DNA of 61,698 nt, filler included, from an uncultured Myxococcia bacterium (GTDB lineage Bacteria > CAZTWC01): NCBI GenBank assembly GCA_964617105.1. It is 9 parts of 9 records of this genome, joined end to end, with 100 filler letters (N's around TTAATTAATTAA, not from the genome) between each part and the next. Parts side by side here need not be neighbours in the genome. Positions count along the whole stretch, not along the records: positions 14,019 to 20,903 come from CAZTWC010000209.1; positions 21,004 to 27,767 come from CAZTWC010000211.1; positions 27,868 to 34,588 come from CAZTWC010000212.1; 6 more parts are not named here. One strand, given 5' to 3'. The first letter of the stretch is position 1, and each line of letters opens with the position of its first letter. Position numbers and translations under genes: made by a program. Positions 17,136-28,026 of this stretch are shown piece by piece. The notes under the pieces are model-generated. The model did no database searches. It saw only the letters and a program-made list of their open reading frames with translations, and was not told where the DNA came from.

Positions 17136-17930
17136 ATGAAAAACTGGGATACCACCTATGCAGAATTAAATGAACTATTAGAATTAACCATCAGCCTATC
17201 CACTCAATGCGGTCAAATAGCAATGAGTCACTATCAGCAGAGTTTCGTCTATGACGAATCCCTGGTAACTCAGGTAGAATTGGCCTCCTTTGAATTTATC
17301 AACTCAGAACTGAAAAAATACTTCCCCAAATCCAATATTTTTGGTCAAAACTATCACCCGGATGATACTCCCCCAAAAGAGGACGACTATGTTTGGGTTA
17401 TAGATGCCTTGGACGGCACCTCAGCTTACTCTAGCTCGGTGCCCATCTGGAGTATCAGCATGGCCCTGTTTATCTCCGGCAAACCCGCCGTGGGAGTTGT
17501 AAACATGCCTGCCACTGAAGAGACCTATTATTCCATTTATAACCACAAGGCATTTCTTAATGGTGAAGAGTTGCAGGTCACCGATTGCAGTGGAGAAGAT
17601 AACGATTCAACCATGTTGACCTACTCCCGCTTTCACCAAAAATATACCGTAGATTACCCTGGCAAATTACGCAGTTTTGGGTCTACCGCAGCCCACCTGG
17701 CCTACCTGGCCAGAGGGACAGTTTCCGCTGTACTAATCGACAATGTGCACCTGTGGGATATCGCTGCCGGAGCAATAATCCTGCAATCAGCCGGTGGTGA
17801 AATCCATTACTTGGATGGTAATCGGGTAGATTTTGGCGAACTACTGCGGGGTGAGCCCATCTCCGATACCATGCTGGCAACGCCCAAAGGAATTTACCCG
17901 GCCATTGCCCACTATATTCACAGTTTTTAA
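17136..17930 (+). CDS. Inositol monophosphatase (FIG) family protein
   Basis: WVIDALDGT, RSFGSTAAHLAYLARG, LWDIAAG motifs. Confidence 0.88.
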   Translation: MKNWDTTYAELNELLELTISLSTQCGQIAMSHYQQSFVYDESLVTQVELASFEFINSELKKYFPKSNIFGQNYHPDDTPPKEDDYVWVIDALDGTSAYSSSVPIWSISMALFISGKPAVGVVNMPATEETYYSIYNHKAFLNGEELQVTDCSGEDNDSTMLTYSRFHQKYTVDYPGKLRSFGSTAAHLAYLARGTVSAVLIDNVHLWDIAAGAIILQSAGGEIHYLDGNRVDFGELLRGEPISDTMLATPKGIYPAIAHYIHSF

Positions 17931-17953
17931 CGCCAACAATATGTGAATCCTGC

Positions 17954-19699
17954 ATGAACCCTCTATACTCTATTAATAAACCAGATTTTGTTTTTCTTCA
18001 TGCTCCCAGCGTATTCGACTTTAGGGAAAAATCGATCCTCTTCGGCCCTATCAGCGATGTGGTACCTTCCACCCCAGTGTTCGAAATGTATCCAATCGGC
18101 TTTGTGTCCATGGCGGAATACCTGCACCGGGCCGGTTTTAAAGTAGCCATTATCAACCTGGCCTACCGGATGCTGCAAGATAAAAATTTTCAGCCAGCAA
18201 AACTTATTGAACAGTTACAGCCACTGGCCTTTGGTATCGATTTGCACTGGCTGCCCCACGCCCACGGCAGTCTAGAGGTGGCCAAGATATGTAAACAGTT
18301 GCATCCCCAGATTCCAGTTATTTTCGGCGGTTTATCCTCCACCTATTTTCACCATCAACTGGTAAAATACCCCCAGGTGGATTTTGTCATCAGGGGAGAC
18401 TCCACCGAAGAGCCACTTTTACGCCTGATGCGGACTATTAAATACCATGGGGAATACCGGAGTGTCCCCAACTTAACCTGGAAAAATATCCAGGGCGAGG
18501 TGAAGGTCAACCAGTTTAGCCATGTCCCCGAGCAGTTGGACGACTTTAGCAACAACTATAGTTTTATGTTCTCCAATGCCACCAAATATGTGGACCCAAT
18601 AAGTTGCACAGCCATTCACGATTGGTGGCGCTATCCCATAACCGTGGTTATGACCTGCCGGGGATGCAGTCAGGACTGCGGTATCTGTGGCGGCTCCAAC
18701 TTTGGACTGGCTCACTACGCCAACCGCCCCTGTCCGGCTTTTCGACCGGTTCAAACTGTAGTGGCCGATGTTGCCCAAACCAGCCATTTTTCTCAGGCAC
18801 CTATCTTCATTGTGGGTGATCTGCTGCAGCCGGGCCACCAATACGCCCAAACATTCTTCCAGGGTATAAAAAAAATCGGTCTAAAAAATCACCTGGTTAC
18901 TGAATTTTTCTCAGTGGTGCCCGAGGATCATTACCGCCTGGTGGCATCATCGGTGGAAAATTTTGATTTTGAGATATCGCCAGAATCCCACGACCAAAAT
19001 GTGAGGGCACATTCAGGTAAACACTACTCTAACCAGGAGTTGGAAAATAATATCAAATGGGCACTAAAGCATGGCGCTTCCAAATACGACATATTCTTTA
19101 TGATCGGTATGCCAGGGCAAGATATTGTTTCGGTTAGAAAAACCATTGACTACTGTGAACACCTGATGGATCGGTTTGGCCCCAAAGTGTTTCCCTTTAT
19201 CGCTCCTTTGGCTCCTTTTATCGATCCCGGCAGCCTAATCTATGAAAACGCCGAGTTTTATGGATATAAAATCCTCTTTAAGGATTTGGAGGATTACCGC
19301 CAGCATCTTTTAGCCCCCAGTTGGAAATATATGCTCAATTACGAAAGCAAATGGCTAAGCCGCGATGAACTGGTGAACAGCACCTATGAGGCGGCGCTAA
19401 GGCTTAACGACCTGAAACTGAAGCACAACCTAATAGACAGTGCTACCCATTCCCGGGTATCTAACAGTATAAACAAGGGGATTGGGCTCCAGCGCCAAAT
19501 TGATGAAATTCAAAAAATTGTTGATCTCAAAGAGCGCCAGGCAGCCCTGGATCAACTAAAAATAGATATGAATACCAGTTCTATCTCCTCGGTTTGCGAT
19601 ACCGAAGAGATCAAGTGGCCTACTCAGGGCGGACTAAGGTATTTTAATATTTTTAAAACTCTGATTACCGACATCTTTAATCAAAAGAACGGCAGGTAA
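17954..19699 (+). CDS. B12-binding radical SAM protein, TIGR04190 (Ta0216)-like family
   Basis: LHAPSVFDFR...FGPISDVVPSTPVFEMYPIGF, GIDLHWLPHAHG, CSQDCGIC (CxxxCxxC), PLAPFIDPGS. Confidence 0.88.
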   Translation: MNPLYSINKPDFVFLHAPSVFDFREKSILFGPISDVVPSTPVFEMYPIGFVSMAEYLHRAGFKVAIINLAYRMLQDKNFQPAKLIEQLQPLAFGIDLHWLPHAHGSLEVAKICKQLHPQIPVIFGGLSSTYFHHQLVKYPQVDFVIRGDSTEEPLLRLMRTIKYHGEYRSVPNLTWKNIQGEVKVNQFSHVPEQLDDFSNNYSFMFSNATKYVDPISCTAIHDWWRYPITVVMTCRGCSQDCGICGGSNFGLAHYANRPCPAFRPVQTVVADVAQTSHFSQAPIFIVGDLLQPGHQYAQTFFQGIKKIGLKNHLVTEFFSVVPEDHYRLVASSVENFDFEISPESHDQNVRAHSGKHYSNQELENNIKWALKHGASKYDIFFMIGMPGQDIVSVRKTIDYCEHLMDRFGPKVFPFIAPLAPFIDPGSLIYENAEFYGYKILFKDLEDYRQHLLAPSWKYMLNYESKWLSRDELVNSTYEAALRLNDLKLKHNLIDSATHSRVSNSINKGIGLQRQIDEIQKIVDLKERQAALDQLKIDMNTSSISSVCDTEEIKWPTQGGLRYFNIFKTLITDIFNQKNGR

Positions 19700-19750
19700 C
19701 TTAACAACAAATATAGCCCGAAGAAACAAAATTTTCAAGGAGATACCATA

Positions 19751-20710
19751 ATGGATGAGCAAGACAAACCTACTATAATTGTGGCCATGGGCGGACACGC
19801 CTTTATCAAACCGGGAGAAAAGGGCTCTATCCGGGACCATGAAAGGAACGCCGAGGCTATTTGCGGTTATTTAATGTACCTGGTGGAAAAAGATTACAAC
19901 ATTGTCATCACCCATGGTAATGGACCCCAGGTAGGCGCTCTGTTGTTAAAAAACGAATTAACCAGGGACCAGGTTCCGCCCATGCCTTTAGATGTACTAG
20001 TGGCCAATACTGAAGGCAGCCTGGGATATATGATGCAACAGTCCATGCTTAACCAATTACGCCGGCGCAATATTCAGCGATATGTGGTCACCGTGATCAC
20101 CCAGGTTTTAATCGATGATAAGGATCCTGCCTTTTGCAAACCTACCAAGCCCATCGGACCCTTTCTCTCCCAGGAGGAGGCTGAAAAAAGAGCCCAGGAT
20201 CTGGGATGGGATATTGTAGAAGATTCTGGTCGCGGATGGCGGCGGGTGGTACCGTCACCCTATCCTATTAAGGTGATCCAACACCGTACCATAAAAGAGG
20301 CGGCGGCCAATGGGCATATTGTCATCGCTTGCGGCGGCGGCGGAATACCTATTATGAAAAATGCCAACAACGACTACCAGGGTATGGAGGCAGTTATAGA
20401 CAAAGATTTCACCTCCAGCATATTGGCCACCGAGATCAATGCCGATATCCTGATTATCCTTTCCGATGTGCCTCAAGTATATAAGAATTATAATACACCA
20501 AACCAGCGGGCTCTGGGAGCACTCACCATATATGAGTTGGAACAGTTGATCAAGGAGGGGCACTTTCCAGTGGGCAGTATGGGGCCAAAAGTGGAGGCGA
20601 TCCTGCAATTCTTAAAAAAAGGTGGAAAACGAGGCGTAATCACATCACCGGATAACCTGGCCAATGCCCTGGAGGGAAAGGGTGGGACCCATTTTGTCGG
20701 ACGGTGTTGA
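19751..20710 (+). CDS. arcC: Carbamate kinase
   Basis: ITHGNGPQVG, PTKPIGPF, GWRRVVPSP, CGGGGIP, AVIDKD, GSMGPKV. Confidence 0.94.
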   Translation: MDEQDKPTIIVAMGGHAFIKPGEKGSIRDHERNAEAICGYLMYLVEKDYNIVITHGNGPQVGALLLKNELTRDQVPPMPLDVLVANTEGSLGYMMQQSMLNQLRRRNIQRYVVTVITQVLIDDKDPAFCKPTKPIGPFLSQEEAEKRAQDLGWDIVEDSGRGWRRVVPSPYPIKVIQHRTIKEAAANGHIVIACGGGGIPIMKNANNDYQGMEAVIDKDFTSSILATEINADILIILSDVPQVYKNYNTPNQRALGALTIYELEQLIKEGHFPVGSMGPKVEAILQFLKKGGKRGVITSPDNLANALEGKGGTHFVGRC

Positions 20711-20722
20711 GAGATAAAAATT

Positions 20723-20902
20723 TCAGTGAACTAACAGGTCTTCCAAATCTAAAAGGTTGCCGTCTATTTTACCGAAACTATCTTCGTATTTACGAATATT
20801 TTCTGCCAGGGCAGATATCAGCCTCTTGGTGTGCCTGGGACTGCTGATTATTCTGGAGATAACCCTGGCCGTTGGCTGCTGGGGTTGAACAAAAACCAAA
20901 TC
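20723..20902 (-). CDS. DUF3467-family protein, C-terminal part; absent from ORF track
   Basis: Manual translation DLVFVQPQQPTARVISRIISSPRHTKRLISALAENIRKYEDSFGKI...VH*; RIIxSPxHxKRLxxALxxNIxxYExxFG motif. Confidence 0.8.
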   Translation of the reverse strand, partial: DLVFVQPQQPTARVISRIISSPRHTKRLISALAENIRKYEDSFGKIDGNLLDLEDLLVH

Positions 20903-20903
20903 A

Positions 20904-21003
20904 NNNNNNNNNNNNNNNNNNNNNNNNNNNNNNNNNNNNNNNNNNNNTTAATTAATTAANNNNNNNNNNNNNNNNNNNNNNNNNNNNNNNNNNNNNNNNN
21001 NNN
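20904..21003. other. Artificial contig linker
   Basis: N44-TTAATTAATTAA-N44. Confidence 0.98.
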
Positions 21004-21140
21004 TTTTTCTTATTCGAATTGATTTGAGGACCACCGCAAAGCGCCCAGTTCAAACCTATAGCCGCAATTACCAAAATAACCACAACAACAACCCGGAAAC
21101 GGAGTTGAGCGCCCTCATTTTGTTTTCTTTCTTTTTCCAC
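21004..21140 (-). CDS. N-terminus of an unknown membrane-anchored protein (truncated)
   Basis: Basic N-terminus then hydrophobic helix VVVVVILVIAAIGL; runs into the linker. Confidence 0.45.
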
Positions 21141-21198
21141 CGCTCATCCATACCATAAAAAAATTGAATTGAACAGATGCAACCTTTAAAAAATCTGC

Positions 21199-24100
21199 CT
21201 ACATATTCCGACGATACCACCCGCCTACTCTATAGAGGACGCCGGTTAACTGGCCCAGAGAGCAATATTTGGCTGCTTCCAGGATAACCTCGAACAGGTT
21301 GCCTCCGGTCTGGGCTGTGCGGGTTACCTCTGCCAAAGAGGCTTCTGCCTGTTGAAGGTTAAATCTCTGAAAAGCACGCAAATTATCTATCTGCTGATCT
21401 TTTTCTTCCTGAGTGGAGCGGATAAGTTCCATGGGTTCACACTCTTGATCCTCCAGATGCTGAGGGCGCAAAAAGGTATTGACTCCAATTATCGGGTACT
21501 GTCCCGAGTGCTTCAACTCTTCGTAATAGAGGCTCTCCTCCTGGATTTTTCCCCGCTGGTACATGGTCTCCATAGCCCCCAATACCCCGCCCCGCCTGGA
21601 TATGCTTTTAAATTCGGTTAGGATGGCTTCCTCCACCAGGTCGGTCAACTCATCAATCATAAAAGAACCCTGCAGAGGATTTTCATTTTTTGCCAATCCG
21701 TATTCCCGATTGATAATCAGTTGAATGGCCATGGCCCGCCGCACCGATTCCTCGGTCGGGGTGGTGACAGCTTCGTCATAGGCGTTGGTGTGCAGAGAGT
21801 TACAATTATCATAAATGGCGTAAAGGGCCTGCAAAGTGGTTCTGATGTCGTTGAAATCGATCTCCTGCATATGAAGGCTGCGGCCGCTGGTTTGAATGTG
21901 ATATTTGAGTTTCTGACTCCGCCCATTACCTTTATAATAATATCTCATGGCTACCGACCATATACGTCTGGCCACCCGGCCGATTACTGCATATTCAGGA
22001 TCAATTCCATTGGAGAAAAAGAAACTCAGGTTGGGGGCAAAAGAATCTATAGGCATCCCTCTGGAGAGGTAGTACTCCATATAAGTGAAGCCGTTGGCCA
22101 GGGTCAAGGCTGCCTGGGTAATAGGGTTGGCGCCCGCCTCGGCGATATGGTAACCTGAGATACTAACCGAATAGTAGTTGCGCACCTGTTGCTGGATAAA
22201 ATATTGCTGGATATCTCCCATCATCCGCAGGGCGAACTCAGAAGAAAATATACAGGTATTTTGGGCCTGGTCCTCTTTGAGGATGTCTGCCTGCACTGTA
22301 CCTCTTACTACTTGAAGAGTTTTCTCCTTGATCTGGTTATATCTCTCCTGGTCAATCAACTGATCGGAACAGACCCCTAAAGTTCCAAGGCCAAAAGCCC
22401 TCTCTTCCCGGGGCTCTATATTACCCCGGTATGTGGGAGGAATCATCTCTTTTTGGCGAAAAAGATCAATTATTTTCTCTCTGGCCTGCTCCCATTTACC
22501 CTCCTGGCGTAAAACTTTCTCCACCTGCTGGTCTATGGCAGTGTTGAGAAAAAAGGCCAACATAATCGGGGCTGGCCCGTTGATGGTCATAGAGACCGAG
22601 GTGGCTGGATGGCAAAGATCAAAACCACAATACAACTTTTTAGCATCGTCCAGGGTGCAGACACTTACCCCGGAATTGCCGATTTTTCCGTAAATATCGG
22701 GCCGCTGGTGAGGGTCCTCCCCGTAAAGAGTTACCGAATCAAAGGCGGTTGATAACCTTTTGGCCGGTAATCCGCGGCTCAAATAATGAAAACGCTGGTT
22801 GGTTCTTTCCGGTGTTCCCTCACCGGCAAACATGCGGGTGGGGTCCTCGTTGAGCCGTTTGAAAGGAAATACTCCAGCAGTATAAGGAAACGCTCCAGGC
22901 ACATTTTCCAGCAGCATCCACTTCAGCCGCTCGCCCCAATCCTGGAAGGAAGGCATCGACACTCTGGGAATACGGGTTCCGGAGAGAGAAGTGGAGGATA
23001 GATGGTTGACAATCTCCTTGTCCCGGATGCGGGTGACCATCTTATCCTGGCTGTAGGCCTTTTTGGCATCTTCCCACTTTTCTAAAAGTTCCCGGCATTG
23101 CGGTTCTAGACGGTTGAGATAAAAATCTCTTTCCGCAGTCAAAATATCTAGCATTTGGGGGGGCACTTCCCGTTTCCGTATCTCCACCGAGCCTTCCCCC
23201 ACCTGATCACCGGCGCCAATGTGCAACTCCTGGCGGCTCGATGCTTCGGTCAAAGCATCGATACTCCCCTGAATTTGAAATGCCCGCCGTGCATAGTGCT
23301 CCTGCTTTTCCACCCTTTGCCGGTATTTAAAGGCATTGTCGGCTATGCGGGTTAAGTATTGCTGCCTCTCTGGCGGAATAATTGCATTTTTTCCCGGTTC
23401 CTCTCTCTCCACAGCCAAAGGATTAATCCAGGTTAGTCCGGTTTTTTCTCCCACTTTAGCGAACAGGTGGTAGAAAAAGTAGTTGACGCCCGGATCGTTA
23501 AATTGACTGGCAATAGTGGGGAAAACCGGCAAATCTTCGGCCTGGACTTCAAACAATTGGTGATTGCGCTGATACTGCTTGCGCACATCCCGCAGAGCAT
23601 CCTGTGCACCCTGTTTTTCAAATTTGTTGAGCACAATCATATCAGCCAAATCCAGCATATCGATTTTTTCCAACTGGGTTGAGGCCCCATAATCTGAAGT
23701 CATCACATAGAGGGAAAAATCCACCAAATCGACAATTTCGGTGTCTGACTGGCCAATTCCAGCAGTTTCCACCAAAATCAAGTCAAAACCAGCCGCTTTT
23801 AAGATTAAGATACCATCCTGCAGCGCCCTGGAAGTGGCGCTGTTGGTCCTCCTGGTGGCCAGGCTACGCATATAAACTCTGGTATTACCCTCAGCCTCGG
23901 AGGTGGCAACTGCATTCATCCGAATTCTGTCCCCTAACAGCGCGCCGCCAGTACGCCGCCGCGATGGATCAACCGAAAGGATACCCAATTTTTTATCGGG
24001 AAACTGGGCCAAAAAACGCCGCACCAACTCATCTGTTAATGATGATTTACCCGCACCGCCAGTGCCGGTAATACCAACCACCGGAATAATTGCCGAGTTC

Positions 24101-24738
24101 TCCCGGGCTGCGGCGAATATCTTTGGTAATTGATTAGAAGCATCCTCTGTCTCTGGCCGGGCAGTTGTTTGGCTTTCCCGCCCTTCGGTAGTAAAGTCTT
24201 CCGCCGCCTCTTCAGCCAGGGTGATGGCCCGGGCGATCTCCTTAACCCCCCCTTTTTTGATAGCCGGCAATAGTTGCCGCCCTTGGCTGGTCATACTGTA
24301 GTCACACTCTTTGAGCATGTAGTCGATCATCCCCTGCAGACCCATTTTACGGCCATCTTCTGGAGAAAAAATACGGTTGATCCCTGCCTGGTGCAACTGC
24401 TCCATTTCTTCCGGCACGATTACGCCGCCGCCACCGCCAAATATTTTAATCCAGGGCGCGCCTCGCTTTTGCAACAAATCGTAGATATACTGAAAAAATT
24501 CCAGATGACCACCCTGATAGCAGGTGACCGCTATCGCATGGGCATCCTCCTGGATGGCGGTATCCACGATCTCTGCCGCTGAGCGGTTGTGCCCCAGATG
24601 GATCACTTCAGCCCCCGATGACTGGATAATTCGGCGCATTATATTTATGGTGGCGTCATGGCCGTCAAACAGAGAAGTGGCGGTGACAAATCGTATCTTA
24701 TTTTTCGGTTTGTATTGGTTCGGTTCTTTTTGACTCAT
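21199..24738 (-). CDS. icmF: Fused isobutyryl-CoA mutase / MeaB-like GTPase IcmF
   Basis: N-terminal B12 domain SLFDGHDA; GTPase [28 protein letters not shown]; mutase domain [23 protein letters not shown]; ends YRRNM. Start MSQKEP preferred. Confidence 0.95.
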   Translation of the reverse strand: MSQKEPNQYKPKNKIRFVTATSLFDGHDATINIMRRIIQSSGAEVIHLGHNRSAAEIVDTAIQEDAHAIAVTCYQGGHLEFFQYIYDLLQKRGAPWIKIFGGGGGVIVPEEMEQLHQAGINRIFSPEDGRKMGLQGMIDYMLKECDYSMTSQGRQLLPAIKKGGVKEIARAITLAEEAAEDFTTEGRESQTTARPETEDASNQLPKIFAAARENSAIIPVVGITGTGGAGKSSLTDELVRRFLAQFPDKKLGILSVDPSRRRTGGALLGDRIRMNAVATSEAEGNTRVYMRSLATRRTNSATSRALQDGILILKAAGFDLILVETAGIGQSDTEIVDLVDFSLYVMTSDYGASTQLEKIDMLDLADMIVLNKFEKQGAQDALRDVRKQYQRNHQLFEVQAEDLPVFPTIASQFNDPGVNYFFYHLFAKVGEKTGLTWINPLAVEREEPGKNAIIPPERQQYLTRIADNAFKYRQRVEKQEHYARRAFQIQGSIDALTEASSRQELHIGAGDQVGEGSVEIRKREVPPQMLDILTAERDFYLNRLEPQCRELLEKWEDAKKAYSQDKMVTRIRDKEIVNHLSSTSLSGTRIPRVSMPSFQDWGERLKWMLLENVPGAFPYTAGVFPFKRLNEDPTRMFAGEGTPERTNQRFHYLSRGLPAKRLSTAFDSVTLYGEDPHQRPDIYGKIGNSGVSVCTLDDAKKLYCGFDLCHPATSVSMTINGPAPIMLAFFLNTAIDQQVEKVLRQEGKWEQAREKIIDLFRQKEMIPPTYRGNIEPREERAFGLGTLGVCSDQLIDQERYNQIKEKTLQVVRGTVQADILKEDQAQNTCIFSSEFALRMMGDIQQYFIQQQVRNYYSVSISGYHIAEAGANPITQAALTLANGFTYMEYYLSRGMPIDSFAPNLSFFFSNGIDPEYAVIGRVARRIWSVAMRYYYKGNGRSQKLKYHIQTSGRSLHMQEIDFNDIRTTLQALYAIYDNCNSLHTNAYDEAVTTPTEESVRRAMAIQLIINREYGLAKNENPLQGSFMIDELTDLVEEAILTEFKSISRRGGVLGAMETMYQRGKIQEESLYYEELKHSGQYPIIGVNTFLRPQHLEDQECEPMELIRSTQEEKDQQIDNLRAFQRFNLQQAEASLAEVTRTAQTGGNLFEVILEAAKYCSLGQLTGVLYRVGGWYRRNM

Positions 24739-24912
24739 TGTTCTCTTCTGCCTCTTTCTTCTTAATCCTGAATAATAGAAAGAAGTTTGGCACAAGGTCA
24801 ACATATCGTCAACCATTGATTGATTTTTGCTCCCTGAAGACTTTTTATCACTCCTGCATTTGTCAATATTACCTATTTATGATAAAAATATAATTTTGGA
24901 CCAATAGAAAGG

Positions 24913-26154
24913 ATGGAGAGGGTGAAACAGAAAATTATTTCCTATTTCAAAGAAAATTCCCAGGAGATCGAGCACTTGATCATCGATCTTTTAAGCGAGA
25001 TGGTGCAGCAACGGACGGTAAATGTGGCAGAGGATAAGTTGGCAGACCATCCCTATCTGAAAATCCGGGGTGAGGAATACCGGGTTGGCGATATTGTCAA
25101 ACGGGAATTTGACCAGTGGGAGATACCGTATCAAGTACATGCCCGTCATCCTCAACGTCCTAATATTATTGGTACCCTGGGCAAAAATGAAAACGGCAAG
25201 CGTCTATTGGTGGCCGGACATATGGATATTGTCCCGGCCGGACCAGAATCGGATTGGGCCAATGGTGACCCCTACCAGCCGGTGTTAAAAGATGGTATGC
25301 TATACGGCCGCGGTGTTTTGGACAACAAAGGCCCCCTGGTTTCCTCTATGATAGGGGCAAAAGTTTTAAAAGAGGTGGTGGGCGATCAGGCTTTAGCCGG
25401 ACAACTACAAATTGCCGCCCTGGCCGATGAAGAGGCAAAAGGGGCTGACGGTGACTATGGTATCGGCTATTTACTGGATAACCACTTAATCGATCCCACC
25501 TATGCAATTATTCCCGATGTGGGCGAAAATATGCAAAAAATCGATATCGCTGAAAAAGGGAGAGTGGTTTACCTGATTACCGCAGTGGGCAAACAGGCCC
25601 ACGGTTCCATGCCGGAATTGGGGATAAATGCTGTCTTAAAAATGGGCAAACTGCTGAACCTGCTGGAAGATTATACACCAGCGCATGAACCCCACCCCTT
25701 GTTGAACCACTGCACAGTGAACTTAGGGGAAATCTGGGGAGGCGCTGCCCCCAATATTGTCCCGGCCAGTTGCACCATATCCCTGGATATCAGGACAGTG
25801 CCTGGACAAAGCGTTGATGGTATAAAAACAGAGCTGCTACAATTGTGCCAAAAAGTGGCGCCAGACTTCAAGGTGGAAACCCAGGACGCCACCGAACCCC
25901 ATACTATAACCCCAGACAATGTGCTGGTAAAATCGATCCAACAGAACTGTCACGAATTTTACCACTACACTCCTCAGACTTATGGCCTGGGTGGCGGCAC
26001 CTATGCCAAGAGCCTGAACGAACATGGAATTATCGCTGTTGGTTTTGGACCGGGTGACGATACCTATTTCCATGTGGCCGATGAACAGGTGCCTCTGCAG
26101 CAGTTGAAAGATTTTGCCTGCCTGATCGCTATTTTGGCTCTGGATCTATTATAA
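24913..26154 (+). CDS. M20 metallohydrolase, ArgE/DapE family
   Basis: GHMDIVP, YGRGVLDNKG, ADEE, GKQAHGSMP, FHVADE. Confidence 0.92.
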   Translation: MERVKQKIISYFKENSQEIEHLIIDLLSEMVQQRTVNVAEDKLADHPYLKIRGEEYRVGDIVKREFDQWEIPYQVHARHPQRPNIIGTLGKNENGKRLLVAGHMDIVPAGPESDWANGDPYQPVLKDGMLYGRGVLDNKGPLVSSMIGAKVLKEVVGDQALAGQLQIAALADEEAKGADGDYGIGYLLDNHLIDPTYAIIPDVGENMQKIDIAEKGRVVYLITAVGKQAHGSMPELGINAVLKMGKLLNLLEDYTPAHEPHPLLNHCTVNLGEIWGGAAPNIVPASCTISLDIRTVPGQSVDGIKTELLQLCQKVAPDFKVETQDATEPHTITPDNVLVKSIQQNCHEFYHYTPQTYGLGGGTYAKSLNEHGIIAVGFGPGDDTYFHVADEQVPLQQLKDFACLIAILALDLL

Positions 26155-26163
26155 AGTTACCAA

Positions 26164-27767
26164 ATGAAATACCAATTTTTATTTCCAAGACTCATTATAC
26201 CGGTTTTTCTGGTATTGCTGATGATGCCCCTTGAGGCGGGTAAAGATGCGAATTTGGTAATTTGCAACCAACCCCGGCCAGAGATCTGTGATGGACTGGA
26301 CAACGACTGTGACGGCGTCAGCGATGAAGATTTCCCCCTCAAGGGAAAACACTGTGACTCCAAGGATGCCGACCTCTGCGCCAGGGGGGTTTTCCGTTGC
26401 CTGGTTAATGGCAGCAGCCTGCACTGCAGCGGAGATGAACCTGCAGCGGAAGAGACAAAAGCAGTGATTAAGATCACTGCTGCCAGAGATCCTAACCCAA
26501 ACTGTCCCCAGGAGGACCACCAGCCGCCAAAACTTAAATTTATATCCCCCCGGCCCGGTAAAGTGGTAGGCAAGTTGGTAGAAGTGATAATATCTGCCCA
26601 GGACCAAAAAAGCGGCATAAAAGAGGTCACCCTGTCTGCCAACGGTCAACCCATCAAGCACTTTACTTCTCCTCCCTATAACGTCAAAATCGATACTACC
26701 AAATTCAGCAATTCGGTGTTGTTGCTTTACGCCACTGCCAGAGATAGAGGCGCTGACCACAACCTGACCGAAAAAGCCATAGGCTGCCCCATAGATTTAC
26801 TGGCACCAAAGGTAGAGATAGTAAGCCCCATTGAAAAAAGCCTGGATCAACAATTCAATTTTGAGGTGGCGGTGGATGAAAAACATCTGCAGACAGTGAA
26901 CCTCTATTTAGACGGTCACAAAGTTCACACCTGCACCTCCTCCCCCTGTAAAAAAACCCTGGACGCTGGCAAACTACAGTTCGGATACCATTTTTTAAAC
27001 GCCCTGGCCGAAGATGAAGCCGGTAATAAGGAAGAAGCGGTCAAAGAGGTGTTAATTCCCGATCATGAACGTTATTCCCTTCAATTTGAAGGGGAGGTTA
27101 GCGATTATCCCAGCCACAATTTTCCCACTAAAATTTTACAGCGCCGGAGGGATGAGGAAAACCAGAAAATCATCACCATTAAGGCCTACTCCCACAACCG
27201 CCCAATCTCCTATTGGCTTTCCACTCCAGTAAATAGCCAGGGAATTCCCAAAAAAATAGAGGAGAACGTTTTAAAAAAGATCTATGTATTCTCCGATATC
27301 AAAGGGCGGCAGATTCAATTTCCCCTGCTCGAGGAACCTCCTGATGACTCCGAGTATAATCCATTTTTTCAGATGGTTGAGGTGGTTTATCCGCCAGGAT
27401 ACCCGCCCGATTCAATTAGATCGGTGGATACTCTGGCCCAGGCTTCCCAGGATATGCTGTCTGGTTTCAACCTTATCGCCACCGACAGAATTATATGTAT
27501 CGATCTGGTGCCTGCCAGTATCTCCCTGTCCGGTGGACAACATTTGCTGGCGCCCAGGCTGCAAAAATTCTGGTTTGAGGAGCAACTGGTTTACGGGTAT
27601 CAATATGATGGGCCGGGCGAACAGGGTGAACTGAAGACCACCTCTTATACTAATACAGAGGGTGAGGTTGGTTATCGGATTCACAAGTCGGAACTATTTC
27701 AATTTACTTATGGTTCAAAACCCATTTTTGGCCGTAACCTGGTATCATCTACCTATGGAGACCAGGA
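26164..27767 (+). CDS. Secreted protein with a Cys/Asp putative metal-binding motif and two Ig-like domains, 3' truncated
   Basis: Signal peptide; EICDGLDNDCDGVSDE; two PP/APKxxIxSP...A.D beta-sandwich repeats. Confidence 0.8.
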
Positions 27768-27867
27768 NNNNNNNNNNNNNNNNNNNNNNNNNNNNNNNNN
27801 NNNNNNNNNNNTTAATTAATTAANNNNNNNNNNNNNNNNNNNNNNNNNNNNNNNNNNNNNNNNNNNN
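27768..27867. other. Artificial contig linker
   Basis: N44-TTAATTAATTAA-N44. Confidence 0.98.
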
Positions 27868-27975
27868 CGGCAGATAGATATCACTCTGAGGCGATTGTCC
27901 AAGCAGGGTGTTATAGCGATCTATATTTACGCTGAAAATGGTCTTATTATCCTGTCTGTATTCTATTCGGGGCAT
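27868..27975 (-). CDS. N-terminus of a probable FHA-domain protein (truncated); absent from ORF track
   Basis: AAGGAG RBS then MPRIEYRQDNKTIFSVNIDRYNTLLGQSPQSDIYLP, resembling FHA GRxxxxDIxL. Confidence 0.55.
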
Positions 27976-28026
27976 CCAGCTGCTCCTTCTGATAACCAGC
28001 CATTAACCGGCCGGGATTCTTTATTC

